Assembly: GCA_945897085.1 (NCBI GenBank)
Contig: CAMDEU010000002.1
Span: 4 to 64,003, forward strand
Direction: 5' to 3'
Length of the DNA: 64,000 bases
DNA from: Spirosoma fluviale
GTDB taxonomy: Bacteria > Bacteroidota > Bacteroidia > Cytophagales > Cyclobacteriaceae
Numbering within the stretch: the first letter of the stretch is position 1; each line of letters begins with the position of its first letter. Below, piece after piece: positions 1 through 9,663 of the stretch. The notes beneath the pieces were generated by a model. The model saw only the letters and a program-made list of their open reading frames with translations, had not been told where the DNA came from and did not search any database. A program made the translations under genes and the position numbers.

Positions 1-428
1 TGCACCACTTTTCCGGCGGTATCAAAAATGGAATTGTGACAGGTACAGGTAAATCGACTATTGGTGAATGACCAACTATCGAAACAACCGGAGTGGGTAC
101 ATACCGAGGTCAAAGCCACATATGTACCATTGAGATTTGCTACCAACGTTTTGGCAGAAGTGATTAACAACCAACCTCCTGAAGCGGCTAGCTTATTTTG
201 AATAGTCAGATTCACCTGTACCGTATTTCCTGAAATGGTAATTCCATTTGGTGTTGTTGTGGTTGGAGGAGTGGTGGGGGTGGGATCGTCGGGATCTTCT
301 GAGCTAACACAAGAAGTAAAAAATGAAATGCCAAAGGTGCTCATTACCGTGGCCAAGCCCGCCTTCTCTATAAACTGTCTTCTAGAAGCGCTAAGCATAC
401 CAGAATTTGCAACTTTATTATTTTTCAT
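1..428 (-). CDS. Rieske [2Fe-2S] domain Tat-exported lipoprotein (3' end runs off the window)
   Basis: Not in the ORF track. Manual translation from ATG 428: MKNNKVANSGMLSASRRQFIEK...FFTSC...PTPTTPPTTTTP...CTHSGC...CTCHNSIFD. It shows a Tat motif (SRRQF), a lipobox Cys and both Rieske boxes (CxH, CxxH). Confidence 0.88.
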   Translation of the reverse strand, partial: MKNNKVANSGMLSASRRQFIEKAGLATVMSTFGISFFTSCVSSEDPDDPTPTTPPTTTTPNGITISGNTVQVNLTIQNKLAASGGWLLITSAKTLVANLNGTYVALTSVCTHSGCFDSWSFTNSRFTCTCHNSIFDTAGKVV

Positions 429-500
429 GACGATTCACTAGTTAAAAATGATAACTCCCAGGTAAAGAATCGTTTTGAAGTGAAATTGTTTATTAAAGCC

Positions 501-1010
501 TCAAAAATATTTTGGTTTTAAAATTTCACTTACCACCACTGCATCTCGAAAAGAGCTTGGGTTCTTTAATAATTCCGCATAGGGATTGGTTTGTTCCACA
601 TCCAATTCATAAGAAATTTCTCTGGCCTGGTCTAGAGGAGCGCGAAAAGCATCTGCATCGGTGTAAAATGGCTTTTTTGGTTGAGCATTAACCTGCTCAT
701 AATCTAACCCTTCAAAAACGACTTCCTCCTTTGGAGAAGCAGGTTGAAACAGTGGCCGATCCTGCTGTGGAATTGTATAGGCTGGTTTAGGCTTGGGCAA
801 AGGCACAGGCTCCGGCTCCAATTCTGGAATAGAAGGAGTTTGCGCTTCTCGGATTTCTCGAAGGAGCTCCTCGAAGGTAAAGCCTTTTTTAGGTGTTTCG
901 GGGGCAGCTTCTTCCGCATCAGGAAGTGGAGTGTTCTTCTTTTTAGAACTTGCCCGATACAGAAAATAGGCCACAATAGCCACGATATAAATGATTTGTC
1001 CGAAATCCAT
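501..1010 (-). CDS. Hypothetical N-terminally membrane-anchored protein
   Basis: ATG at 1010 (MDFGQIIYIVAIVAYFLY, one TM helix), a Pro/Glu-rich middle and C-terminal RDAVVVSEILKPKYF. The ORF-track start at 1028 is a TTG. Confidence 0.75.
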   Translation of the reverse strand: MDFGQIIYIVAIVAYFLYRASSKKKNTPLPDAEEAAPETPKKGFTFEELLREIREAQTPSIPELEPEPVPLPKPKPAYTIPQQDRPLFQPASPKEEVVFEGLDYEQVNAQPKKPFYTDADAFRAPLDQAREISYELDVEQTNPYAELLKNPSSFRDAVVVSEILKPKYF

Positions 1011-1172
1011 GAAGTTAAGGTACTTCAAAAAGTTAAAAAAAAGAAGTAACCCCTTTTTTTCAAATTAGCCTCTCAGATTTTCGATGCTCAAAACAGTCGG
1101 ATTACTGTGATTTTTTTGACTTATTCCTAGATTCACGCTATTTTGAATCTTTAATTCGAATCAAAATTATCA

Positions 1173-4100
1173 ATGCTACTTAGCAAGCTGGAAATCAAAG
1201 GTTTCAAAAGTTTTGGAGACAAAATGGTCATCCACTTTGATAAGGGCATTACCGGTGTGGTCGGACCGAATGGCTGTGGCAAATCCAATATTGTGGATGC
1301 GATTCGTTGGGTTTTGGGAGAACAGAAATCCCGAATGCTCCGCTCTGACAAAATGGAGAATGTGATTTTTAACGGGACAAAAAATAGAAAGCCCACCAAC
1401 CTTGCAGAGGTTTCTCTCACATTCGAGAATACTAAAAATTTATTACCAACAGAATACACGCATGTGACCATCACGCGCAGGTATTACCGAAGTGGAGAGA
1501 GTGAGTACCAAATCAATGGGGTGACCTGCAGGCTGAAAGACATCAATAATCTTTTCATGGATACGGGGATTAATTCCAACTCCTACGCCATCATCGAATT
1601 AAAGATGATCGATGAGTTACTCAATGATAAGAATAACTCCCGTCGGGAACTTTTTGAGGAAGCAGCAGGAATATCCAAGTTTAAAAGTAGAAAACGCGAA
1701 ACCCTACGAAAGCTTGAAGACACAGATGCCGACTTGTCCCGCGTAGAGGATCTGCTTTTTGAAATTGATAAAAACTTAAAGTCTTTAGAAAAACAAGCAA
1801 AGCAAGCAGCCAGATATTTCGAAATAAAAGCTGATTACCGCATAGCCAGCATCAATTTGGCAAAAAAGTCTTTGGAGCAGCTACAGCTGATCTTGGTAGA
1901 TTCACAATCCAAAATCCAACAGGAATCCGATCATAAGATTGGAATTCAAACTCAAATCGCTGCGCTCGAAGCGCTACTGAGTGCCTCCAAATCGGATTTA
2001 ATTGGGAAAGAAAAATTATTGGCCTCCAGGCAAAAAGCACTGAATGAACAGGTCAACAAAATCAGAACCTTCGAGTCGGACAAAAGAATAAAAAATGAAC
2101 GTCTCCGATTTTTGGAAGACCGATCACAAGCCCTTCGTGAGCAGGTTGATCAAGACCGTAAATCCAACGAGCGAGCAGCTTTTGCGATTCGCTCTCTCGA
2201 GCAAGAGAAAGACGCGGCAGAAAAGATTCTCGTAGAGAAGGAAGTTTTAGTAGCTTATTTACGCGAAGAATACGACCTTCAAAAAACTGCAACTGTGGTG
2301 AAACAAGAGCAGCACAAAGAGCTTAGCCAGCAAGTATCTAAGATCAAAGAGCGCGTTTACCAAGCTGGTAAAGAGGTTGAAATCAAACAAATTCAGTGGT
2401 CTACTCTAAAGCAAGAATTGGAGCGAACCTCCTCAGATGACAGTTCCCAAGAAGCCAGCCTAGTCGATTTTGGGCAAAATCTCGCTCGTGTAAAGTCTGA
2501 ACTAGATCAAGCGCATCAGGCATATGAGATTCTGAAGCAAAAGCAGGAGGATCAAGATCAAAAGGTAGAGGAGACCAACCGAATTGTCGAGATGATCCGA
2601 GAGGAACTCACCCAAACTTCACGGAAGCTTGATTCGAAAACCAATGAATTTAACCTGACAAAATCCTTGGTTGAAAATTTGGAAGGCTTTCCTGAGGCCA
2701 TCAAATTTTTAAAGAAAAATCAAAGCTGGGGGAAGGATGTTCCACTCCTCTCCGACCTACTTACTACGGATGAAAAATACCGAGTAACCATCGAAAACTA
2801 TTTGGAAAATTACCTTAACTACTATGTGGTTGACACTGAAGCGGAAGCCTATACTGCCATTCAATTGCTGACTGATGCCGCAAAAGGGAAAGCCAATTTT
2901 TTTATTTTGGAGCACTTTGAACACTTTTCCTCAAGCCAGGCCCAGCTATTTTCAAATACCCTTGCAGCAACCGAGATAATTGAGTTTGATGTCAAATACA
3001 GCCGCCTAATCAACTATATCCTAGACAATGTCTACATCGTCCAAGGGGAATACCAAGATTTTCCAATCCAAAAAGAAGGTGTTTTTCTATCGGAGTCTGG
3101 CAAATACATCAAAAAGAAATTTTCGCTCTCTGGAGGTTCTGTAGGTTTGTTTGAAGGAAAACGAATCGGTCGAGCAAAAAATCTTGAAAAATTAGAACGG
3201 GAAATAAAAGAGCTTCATAAGAAGGTAAGTACCTCGCGTGCCAATTTGGACCAAAAGCTTGGTGAATTAACCAAATTGAAGGAGCTGAGCTTCAAGAAGG
3301 CCTTGGAAGAAAGCCAGGAAAGATTGCAGGAATTGAACTTTGATTTTGTCTCTGTACGCACCAAAAAGGAGCAGCTGGCAGAATTGCTCTATTCCAATGC
3401 AAACAAGCGCGAAGATATTTTGGCTCGCATCGCTTCAATTGAAGAAAGCTTGGAAGAAATCCAACCGCAGTTGGCCAAAGAAAAAGCCCTTTTTGAGGAG
3501 TTGAATGAACAGCTTATCCAAGTAACCGAAGAGGTGGAAATGATTTCAAAAGTCCTTTCCGAGAAGTCCCAACTCTTCAATCAAGAAAACATCACCTACA
3601 TCCAGCAACTTAACCGAGTGAGTAGCTCCGAACAGGAAATCGAATTCAAAAAAGCGGCCTTCGAGAGCTCAAAGGAAAGAATAGAAAAATCCCAAGAAGA
3701 ACTAAGCCAGCTAGATAGTGAAATCAAAAACCTACTCGACACCAATGAAGTAAAGGATGAAGAGCTTATTGAGTTGTATACCGAGAAGGAAGGAATAGAA
3801 ATTGGAGTGACGGAAGCTGAAAAGAGCTATTATGGTGGAAGAGGAGAAATCGATGAGCTAGATACTCGGATTCGAAGTTTGCAAAAAGCCAAAGAAGGCT
3901 ACGATGAATTGGTTCTAGCCCTACAAAACCAAATCAATGAGGTTCGTCTCAAAATGACTGGGATGAATGAACGACTCAATGTAGAGTTTGACATAGATTT
4001 GGAAACCCTGATGGCAGAGAATCCACAGGTTGACAAGGAATTTGAAGCATTTAAGGAGGAAGATTTAAAAGAGCTCGTATACAAGCAAAAAGATAGACTT

Positions 4101-4712
4101 GACAGAATAGGGCCGATCAACCCCATGGCAATGGAGGCTTACGATGAAATCAAGATTCGATACGATTTCATCACTACCCAAAAAGATGACTTGATCCAGG
4201 CCAAGGAATCCCTCCTATCCACCATTTCAGAAATAGACTTGGTTGCTCGAGAAACCTTCTTGGATGCTTTTGGGAAGATTAAAGAAAACTTTGTGCGCGT
4301 ATTTCGTTCTCTATTTACCGAGGAGGACGATTGCGATCTAACATTGGTGGATCCAGAAAATCCATTGGAGTCCGCAATAGAAATTATGGCGAAGCCAAAA
4401 GGAAAACGGCCATTAACAATCAATCAGCTGAGTGGAGGTGAAAAAACCTTGACCGCCACTTCCCTACTTTTCTCTATTTACCTCCTAAAACCTGCTCCAT
4501 TCTGTATTTTTGACGAAGTAGACGCCCCTTTAGATGATGCTAATATTGACAAGTTCAACCAAATCATCCATAAGTTCAGCGCGGAAAGCCAGTTTATAAT
4601 CGTTACGCACAACAAGCGAACCATGGCGAGTACGGACATCATCTATGGAATTACCATGATTGAAGCAGGTGTATCCCGAGTTGTTCCGGTAGATCTAAGA
4701 GAACTGGATTAA
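1173..4712 (+). CDS. smc: Chromosome segregation protein SMC
   Basis: Walker A GPNGCGKSN, long coiled coils, hinge LSGGS, signature LSGGEK, Walker B/D-loop FDEVDAPLD; 1179 aa. Confidence 0.97.
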   Translation: MLLSKLEIKGFKSFGDKMVIHFDKGITGVVGPNGCGKSNIVDAIRWVLGEQKSRMLRSDKMENVIFNGTKNRKPTNLAEVSLTFENTKNLLPTEYTHVTITRRYYRSGESEYQINGVTCRLKDINNLFMDTGINSNSYAIIELKMIDELLNDKNNSRRELFEEAAGISKFKSRKRETLRKLEDTDADLSRVEDLLFEIDKNLKSLEKQAKQAARYFEIKADYRIASINLAKKSLEQLQLILVDSQSKIQQESDHKIGIQTQIAALEALLSASKSDLIGKEKLLASRQKALNEQVNKIRTFESDKRIKNERLRFLEDRSQALREQVDQDRKSNERAAFAIRSLEQEKDAAEKILVEKEVLVAYLREEYDLQKTATVVKQEQHKELSQQVSKIKERVYQAGKEVEIKQIQWSTLKQELERTSSDDSSQEASLVDFGQNLARVKSELDQAHQAYEILKQKQEDQDQKVEETNRIVEMIREELTQTSRKLDSKTNEFNLTKSLVENLEGFPEAIKFLKKNQSWGKDVPLLSDLLTTDEKYRVTIENYLENYLNYYVVDTEAEAYTAIQLLTDAAKGKANFFILEHFEHFSSSQAQLFSNTLAATEIIEFDVKYSRLINYILDNVYIVQGEYQDFPIQKEGVFLSESGKYIKKKFSLSGGSVGLFEGKRIGRAKNLEKLEREIKELHKKVSTSRANLDQKLGELTKLKELSFKKALEESQERLQELNFDFVSVRTKKEQLAELLYSNANKREDILARIASIEESLEEIQPQLAKEKALFEELNEQLIQVTEEVEMISKVLSEKSQLFNQENITYIQQLNRVSSSEQEIEFKKAAFESSKERIEKSQEELSQLDSEIKNLLDTNEVKDEELIELYTEKEGIEIGVTEAEKSYYGGRGEIDELDTRIRSLQKAKEGYDELVLALQNQINEVRLKMTGMNERLNVEFDIDLETLMAENPQVDKEFEAFKEEDLKELVYKQKDRLDRIGPINPMAMEAYDEIKIRYDFITTQKDDLIQAKESLLSTISEIDLVARETFLDAFGKIKENFVRVFRSLFTEEDDCDLTLVDPENPLESAIEIMAKPKGKRPLTINQLSGGEKTLTATSLLFSIYLLKPAPFCIFDEVDAPLDDANIDKFNQIIHKFSAESQFIIVTHNKRTMASTDIIYGITMIEAGVSRVVPVDLRELD

Positions 4713-4817
4713 ATTCAATTAGTCTTTTCAATTGGATTTTTTTATCCAATGGATAAACTTAATTTTTTCTTAACTTTTAGGTACTAATTTTATTTAGCCC
4801 ATCCGGTACTTTTAAGA

Positions 4818-5483
4818 ATGGCAGTCAAGAACAAGAATAAAGCATCAATCCTTGCAACTTACTTTTTAGTTATTCTTTTTTCTGGACTAGCGCTACTTCC
4901 ATTTTACGATAAAGGCGCTATTGAACTAAAAATAAATCATTTCCATCATCCAATTTTGGATGTCTTTTTCGCGAATATCACCCACCTTGGAGATGGTCTT
5001 TTTTTGATAATCCCTATTGTCTTCTTTATTTTTCACAAGTACTGCTATTTAATACTCCTTGCCGTTTCTTCCTTAATCCATCTTGTTCTGGTTCATATTG
5101 CAAAAAAATGGGTATTTCATGGAATGCCCAGGCCAGCTGAATTTTTCAAGGATATATCCTTTTATGAAGTCCCCGGTGTTGAACTCCATCATTGGGGAAG
5201 TTTTCCTTCGGGACACACCACCACTGCATTTATGCTTGCTTCATTTTTTTATTTGGTTTTACCCAAAAAATTTAAAATCCATTGGCTATTGATAGGCCTT
5301 GCCTTTTTAGTTGGGTTGAGCAGAGTTTATTTGATGCAACATTTTTTGATGGATGTCTGGGCTGGCGCACTGCTTGGAATTTTTTCTGGCTTGGCCAGCT
5401 ATTTTCTTGTTTTAAAGTTTTTTTCTAAAAAAATGTATCAAAAAAGTATTTTTCAGAATCTTAAGCATAAACCTTCCTCTTGA
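4818..5483 (+). CDS. PAP2-family membrane phosphatase
   Basis: K...RP, SFPSGH and SRVYLMQHF motifs with hydrophobic helices. Confidence 0.9.
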   Translation: MAVKNKNKASILATYFLVILFSGLALLPFYDKGAIELKINHFHHPILDVFFANITHLGDGLFLIIPIVFFIFHKYCYLILLAVSSLIHLVLVHIAKKWVFHGMPRPAEFFKDISFYEVPGVELHHWGSFPSGHTTTAFMLASFFYLVLPKKFKIHWLLIGLAFLVGLSRVYLMQHFLMDVWAGALLGIFSGLASYFLVLKFFSKKMYQKSIFQNLKHKPSS

Positions 5484-5700
5484 AATCTAATCAAGAATTA
5501 TGGCATAGTTGCCAGATGGGAATTTTAAAACACCTATTGCGTCTTAATTTCCTCAAAAATCAATCCTCAAAAATGGACAAATTGGGTTTTACATGTTCGT
5601 AAACGAACGGAGGATTTGGCCAGAGACACCCTTAAGCTGTCAATAGGAGGTTTTTTCTTTTGGTCCATTTTTGGCTTATATCTCCTAAAACCAATATGCT

Positions 5701-6420
5701 ATGAAAGCTATCTTCCAATTCCTCGCGATTCCTCTGCTACTCCTCTCTTTCTCTTGTGAGGAAAAAAAATACTCCATTTCAACTTCTAGCATTCAAGAGA
5801 AAAAATCCCTTTCTGAAGTAACTCGAGTTCACATAGATGGTGTTTTCAATTTGATACTCATCCAATCGGATCAAGAATCCATTGAAGTGGAAGGTGATGA
5901 GGAGCTGATCAAAAAGATTTTGATTGACCAGGATGGAGATTTGCTTACGATTTCAATGGAAGAGGATATAGTGGACAACTTTTTTGTCAAGGAAGAACTG
6001 AGAATAACCCTCAGTTTGAAAGACCTAAAAGAGTTGAAGTACGATGGCGTGGGAAATGTGAAAACGAATGGTGTTTTTAAAGTTGACCAAGTTCGCCTAA
6101 TCGGGACTGGTGTTGGTAACCTAGAATTGGATTTGGATGCGAAACAAATCGATGCTGATTTTGACATGGTAGGCAATATTAAACTCCAGGGAAAGGCAAA
6201 CCAGGCCTTTTTCACCAATGATGGAGTAGGAAACCTAGATGCATACAAACTAATCGTCAAAGACATGGAGGTCAATAGCTCAGGTATTGGTAAAGTTGAA
6301 ATTCACTGCACTGGGGATCTTTCCCTTGTGGTAGATGGAATAGGATCTGTAAGCTATTCCGGACATCCTCGAATCCTGAAAAAAGAAGTGAGTGGAATTG
6401 GAAATGTAGAGGAGAATTAA
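5701..6420 (+). CDS. GIN-domain (DUF2807-like) beta-helix lipoprotein
   Basis: Lipobox LSFSC and repeated GVGN/GIGK/GIGS turns. Confidence 0.8.
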   Translation: MKAIFQFLAIPLLLLSFSCEEKKYSISTSSIQEKKSLSEVTRVHIDGVFNLILIQSDQESIEVEGDEELIKKILIDQDGDLLTISMEEDIVDNFFVKEELRITLSLKDLKELKYDGVGNVKTNGVFKVDQVRLIGTGVGNLELDLDAKQIDADFDMVGNIKLQGKANQAFFTNDGVGNLDAYKLIVKDMEVNSSGIGKVEIHCTGDLSLVVDGIGSVSYSGHPRILKKEVSGIGNVEEN

Positions 6421-6498
6421 ATCGATTTGACTGCTCAAAATCAATTCTACCTCCCGCAGTAATTTTGATTTTTCCGTTATTAATTTGATTTTAGGGCA

Positions 6499-7401
6499 AT
6501 GGCTTCACCCGATGCACTAGATTCAGTACAACTCAATTTTTCTCCAGACAACCTGCTTGGGCTCAATATCGCACTGGCAATCATCATGTATGGGGTAGCC
6601 TTAGAGTTGAAATGGGTAGATTTTCAATACATTGTCCAAAATCCAAAAGGCTTTGTGATCGGGATTTTTTCGCAATTTTTTGTACTACCTTTTCTCACTT
6701 GGGGGCTGATCACAGTACTCAATCCCCCTCCCAGTATCGCCTTGGGAATGTTTCTCGTAGCGGCTTGCCCAGGAGGAAACGTATCCAATTTCTTAACCAG
6801 CCATGCCAAAGGAAACGTGGCACTTTCGGTCAGTTTAACGGCCGTGTCGAGTGTTGCAGCTATCTTTCTTACCCCATTTAACTTTTCCTTTTGGGCAGGC
6901 AACTATGCTCCTACTGCCCAACTTCTCCAAGAAGTTCAACTAGACACTTTAGAAGTCTTCTTAACCATAGGTCTCATCTTGGGTATTCCCTTGCTCCTGG
7001 GAATTATGACGACTACCAAATTTCCTGAACTAGCCAAAAAAATAGCAAAGGCAATCAAACCACTGAGCCTGGTCATATTTGGAGCCTTGGTGCTACTTGC
7101 CCTTCTTGGCAATTTCGAACTATTTAAAACCTATATCGGCGCCATCTTCCTTTGGGTACTGGCACATAACTTTATTGGATTAGGAGGTGGATTCCTGACG
7201 GCTAAACTTGCGCGATTGCCCTTTAAAGATGTAAAGACCATTGCCATCGAAACAGGTATCCAAAATTCAGGACTAGGGCTGGTTCTTATTTTCAGTTTCT
7301 TCGCTGGAATGGGTGGCATGGCCTTAATTACCGCCTGGTGGGGAATTTGGCACCTCATTTCAGGAATCATTGTAGCAGGTTTTTGGAGAAAGTATACATG
7401 A
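6499..7401 (+). CDS. Bile acid:sodium symporter (BASS) family transporter
   Basis: ACPGGNVSN and ETGIQNSG motifs; polytopic membrane protein. Confidence 0.92.
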   Translation: MASPDALDSVQLNFSPDNLLGLNIALAIIMYGVALELKWVDFQYIVQNPKGFVIGIFSQFFVLPFLTWGLITVLNPPPSIALGMFLVAACPGGNVSNFLTSHAKGNVALSVSLTAVSSVAAIFLTPFNFSFWAGNYAPTAQLLQEVQLDTLEVFLTIGLILGIPLLLGIMTTTKFPELAKKIAKAIKPLSLVIFGALVLLALLGNFELFKTYIGAIFLWVLAHNFIGLGGGFLTAKLARLPFKDVKTIAIETGIQNSGLGLVLIFSFFAGMGGMALITAWWGIWHLISGIIVAGFWRKYT

Positions 7402-8402
7402 AAAAAGGCATTTACATCTTTCTAAGGTTCCTTATAAAAATAGCCTTACACCTTTATTATAAAAGAATCGTTGTCGAAGGGGTTGAAAACATCCCCAAAA
7501 ATCAGCCAGTGATCCTGGTTGCCAACCATCAAAATGCGCTAATCGATCCTTTGGTGGTCGGTGCACATATTCCAATTCGTCCCTACTTTTTGACTCGTGC
7601 TGCAGTATTTAAAAATCCAATCGCTGCTTATTTGTTAGACCTCGTTCAAATGTTGCCAGTCTACCGAGTTCTAGACGGTTTTTCCACCATTCCTCAAAAC
7701 CAACGGACTTTTCAAAAAACAAATCAAGTCCTACAGCAAAATGGATCGGTACTGATATTTTCTGAAGGCAACCATAGCACCGTTCGGAATATCCGCCCAC
7801 TCAGTAAAGGATTCACCCGAATGGCTTACGGAGCAATAGCAGAATGTCCAGAACTTAACCCAGTTATTGTACCCATTGGCCTACAATATAGTGCCCATAA
7901 AAAATCTGGAAGCTTGGTGAAAATTAGCGTTGGAAAACCAATCCCCGTAGATCCAGATCCTGCTCAGGCAGTAAAGCTAACCAGGGAAGTGGAAACCGCT
8001 TTAAAATCAATGGTAGTAGACCTTCCAAATGACAACTACGATGAAACCTTGCAGCGCCTGCTTTCAAACCAAGTAGATGTCTGCAGCAAAGAAGATGTGG
8101 AGCGATTTTTAGTTGAAAATCAAATAGCTACTAAAGTCAAACCAGCTGGCTACCTCATGAATAAAATGATGAAACTATTTCATTTCCCCTTGTATTGGAT
8201 TTGGCTCTTTGGAATTGCCCCTAAAATGGAAGATGAAGTATTTACAAGTACCTGGAAATTCGTAATTGGAGGATTATTGGCACCCATTTACTACGTTTTG
8301 CTTCTGCTTTGTTGCTTTATTCCTGGATATGGCCCCTGGGCAATTTCCTTCTTACTGATGGCTTGGATTACTGTTTATTGGAATGAAAATTCTCAGGAAT
8401 AG
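7398..8402 (+). CDS. PlsC-like lysophospholipid acyltransferase
   Basis: NHQNALID (HxxxxD) and FSEG motifs. ATG 7398 overlaps the upstream TGA (ATGA). Confidence 0.88.
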   Translation: MKKGIYIFLRFLIKIALHLYYKRIVVEGVENIPKNQPVILVANHQNALIDPLVVGAHIPIRPYFLTRAAVFKNPIAAYLLDLVQMLPVYRVLDGFSTIPQNQRTFQKTNQVLQQNGSVLIFSEGNHSTVRNIRPLSKGFTRMAYGAIAECPELNPVIVPIGLQYSAHKKSGSLVKISVGKPIPVDPDPAQAVKLTREVETALKSMVVDLPNDNYDETLQRLLSNQVDVCSKEDVERFLVENQIATKVKPAGYLMNKMMKLFHFPLYWIWLFGIAPKMEDEVFTSTWKFVIGGLLAPIYYVLLLLCCFIPGYGPWAISFLLMAWITVYWNENSQE

Positions 8403-8473
8403 TCATTCTTGACTAAAAACTTTCTGACTGGACTTTTTTACCTTTGCCCCAAGAATTAACCCAAATACAACCC

Positions 8474-9568
8474 ATGACTGAAGACTTTCTCCCCATCAAT
8501 GGTACCGATTATGTGGAACTCTATGTTGGCAATGCCAAGCAGAGTGCACTCTACTACCAATATGCATTCGGATTTGAATTAATCGCCTACGCTGGACCAG
8601 AAACCGGCGTGAAGGACCGAGCATCTTATGTGCTCAAGCAAGAAAAAATTCGTCTGGTGCTTACTTCTCCCCTTTCAGCCGATCACGGGATCAACGCTCA
8701 TATCAAACAACATGGAGATGGAGTGAAAGTGCTCGCACTTTGGGTGGATGACGCAGAGAAATCCTGGAAGGAAACGACTAGCCGTGGAGCAGTATCAGTG
8801 GAAGCACCAAAGACGCTGCAGGACCAGAATGGAGAAGTTCGGGTAGCGAGCATCCAAACCTATGGGGACACGATACACACCTTCGTGGAACGAAAAAATT
8901 ACCAAGGTTTATTCCTACCGGGCTATCAAGCCCGAAAAAGTAGCTATACCACCCAATCCATCGGCTTAAAGTACATCGATCACTGCGTGGGAAATGTGGC
9001 CCTGGGTGAAATGAATCGCTGGGTTAGCTTTTACGAGGAAGTGATGGGATTCAAGCTATTGTTGACCTTTGATGACAAGGATATCTCTACAGAATATTCT
9101 GCTCTCATGTCCAAGGTAGTTTCCAACGGAAATGGATTTATCAAATTCCCTATCAATGAACCTGCTGAAGGGAAGAAAAAATCTCAGATCGAAGAGTACC
9201 TTGATTTCTACGGTGGACCAGGTGTACAGCATATTGCCATAGCTACCTACGATATTATCCATACCGTTGGAGAATTGAGAAAAAGAGGAGTTGAATTTTT
9301 GGAAGTTCCTAGCTCCTACTACGATGATCTACTAGACCGAGTAGGGAAAATTGACGAAGAATTAGCTCCTCTGAAAGCACTAAACATCCTGGTAGATCGA
9401 GATGAGGAAGGGTATTTACTCCAGATTTTCACCAAACCAGTTCAGGATCGACCAACATTATTCTTTGAAATCATTCAACGGAAGGGAGCCACCTCTTTCG
9501 GAAAAGGAAATTTCAAAGCACTATTCGAAGCCATCGAGCGTGAACAAGAACTGAGAGGCAATCTATAA
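8474..9568 (+). CDS. hppD: 4-hydroxyphenylpyruvate dioxygenase
   Basis: DHCVGN, PINEP, GVQHIA, LLQIFT, FFEIIQR and FGKGNFKALF motifs. ATG 8474 preferred over TTG 8444. Confidence 0.96.
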   Translation: MTEDFLPINGTDYVELYVGNAKQSALYYQYAFGFELIAYAGPETGVKDRASYVLKQEKIRLVLTSPLSADHGINAHIKQHGDGVKVLALWVDDAEKSWKETTSRGAVSVEAPKTLQDQNGEVRVASIQTYGDTIHTFVERKNYQGLFLPGYQARKSSYTTQSIGLKYIDHCVGNVALGEMNRWVSFYEEVMGFKLLLTFDDKDISTEYSALMSKVVSNGNGFIKFPINEPAEGKKKSQIEEYLDFYGGPGVQHIAIATYDIIHTVGELRKRGVEFLEVPSSYYDDLLDRVGKIDEELAPLKALNILVDRDEEGYLLQIFTKPVQDRPTLFFEIIQRKGATSFGKGNFKALFEAIEREQELRGNL

Positions 9569-9663
9569 TTCCTAGTTTAGGAGTCATCTGGAGACTTTTC
9601 TTAGCTATGACACTCCCTATGATTTTTCCTAACTTGTAATCCTAAACTTAATTTTTCAAACCC

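Noticed and set aside
235-441. 68-aa plus-strand ORF
   Set aside because: It is antisense to the Rieske lipoprotein gene, which has clear motifs.
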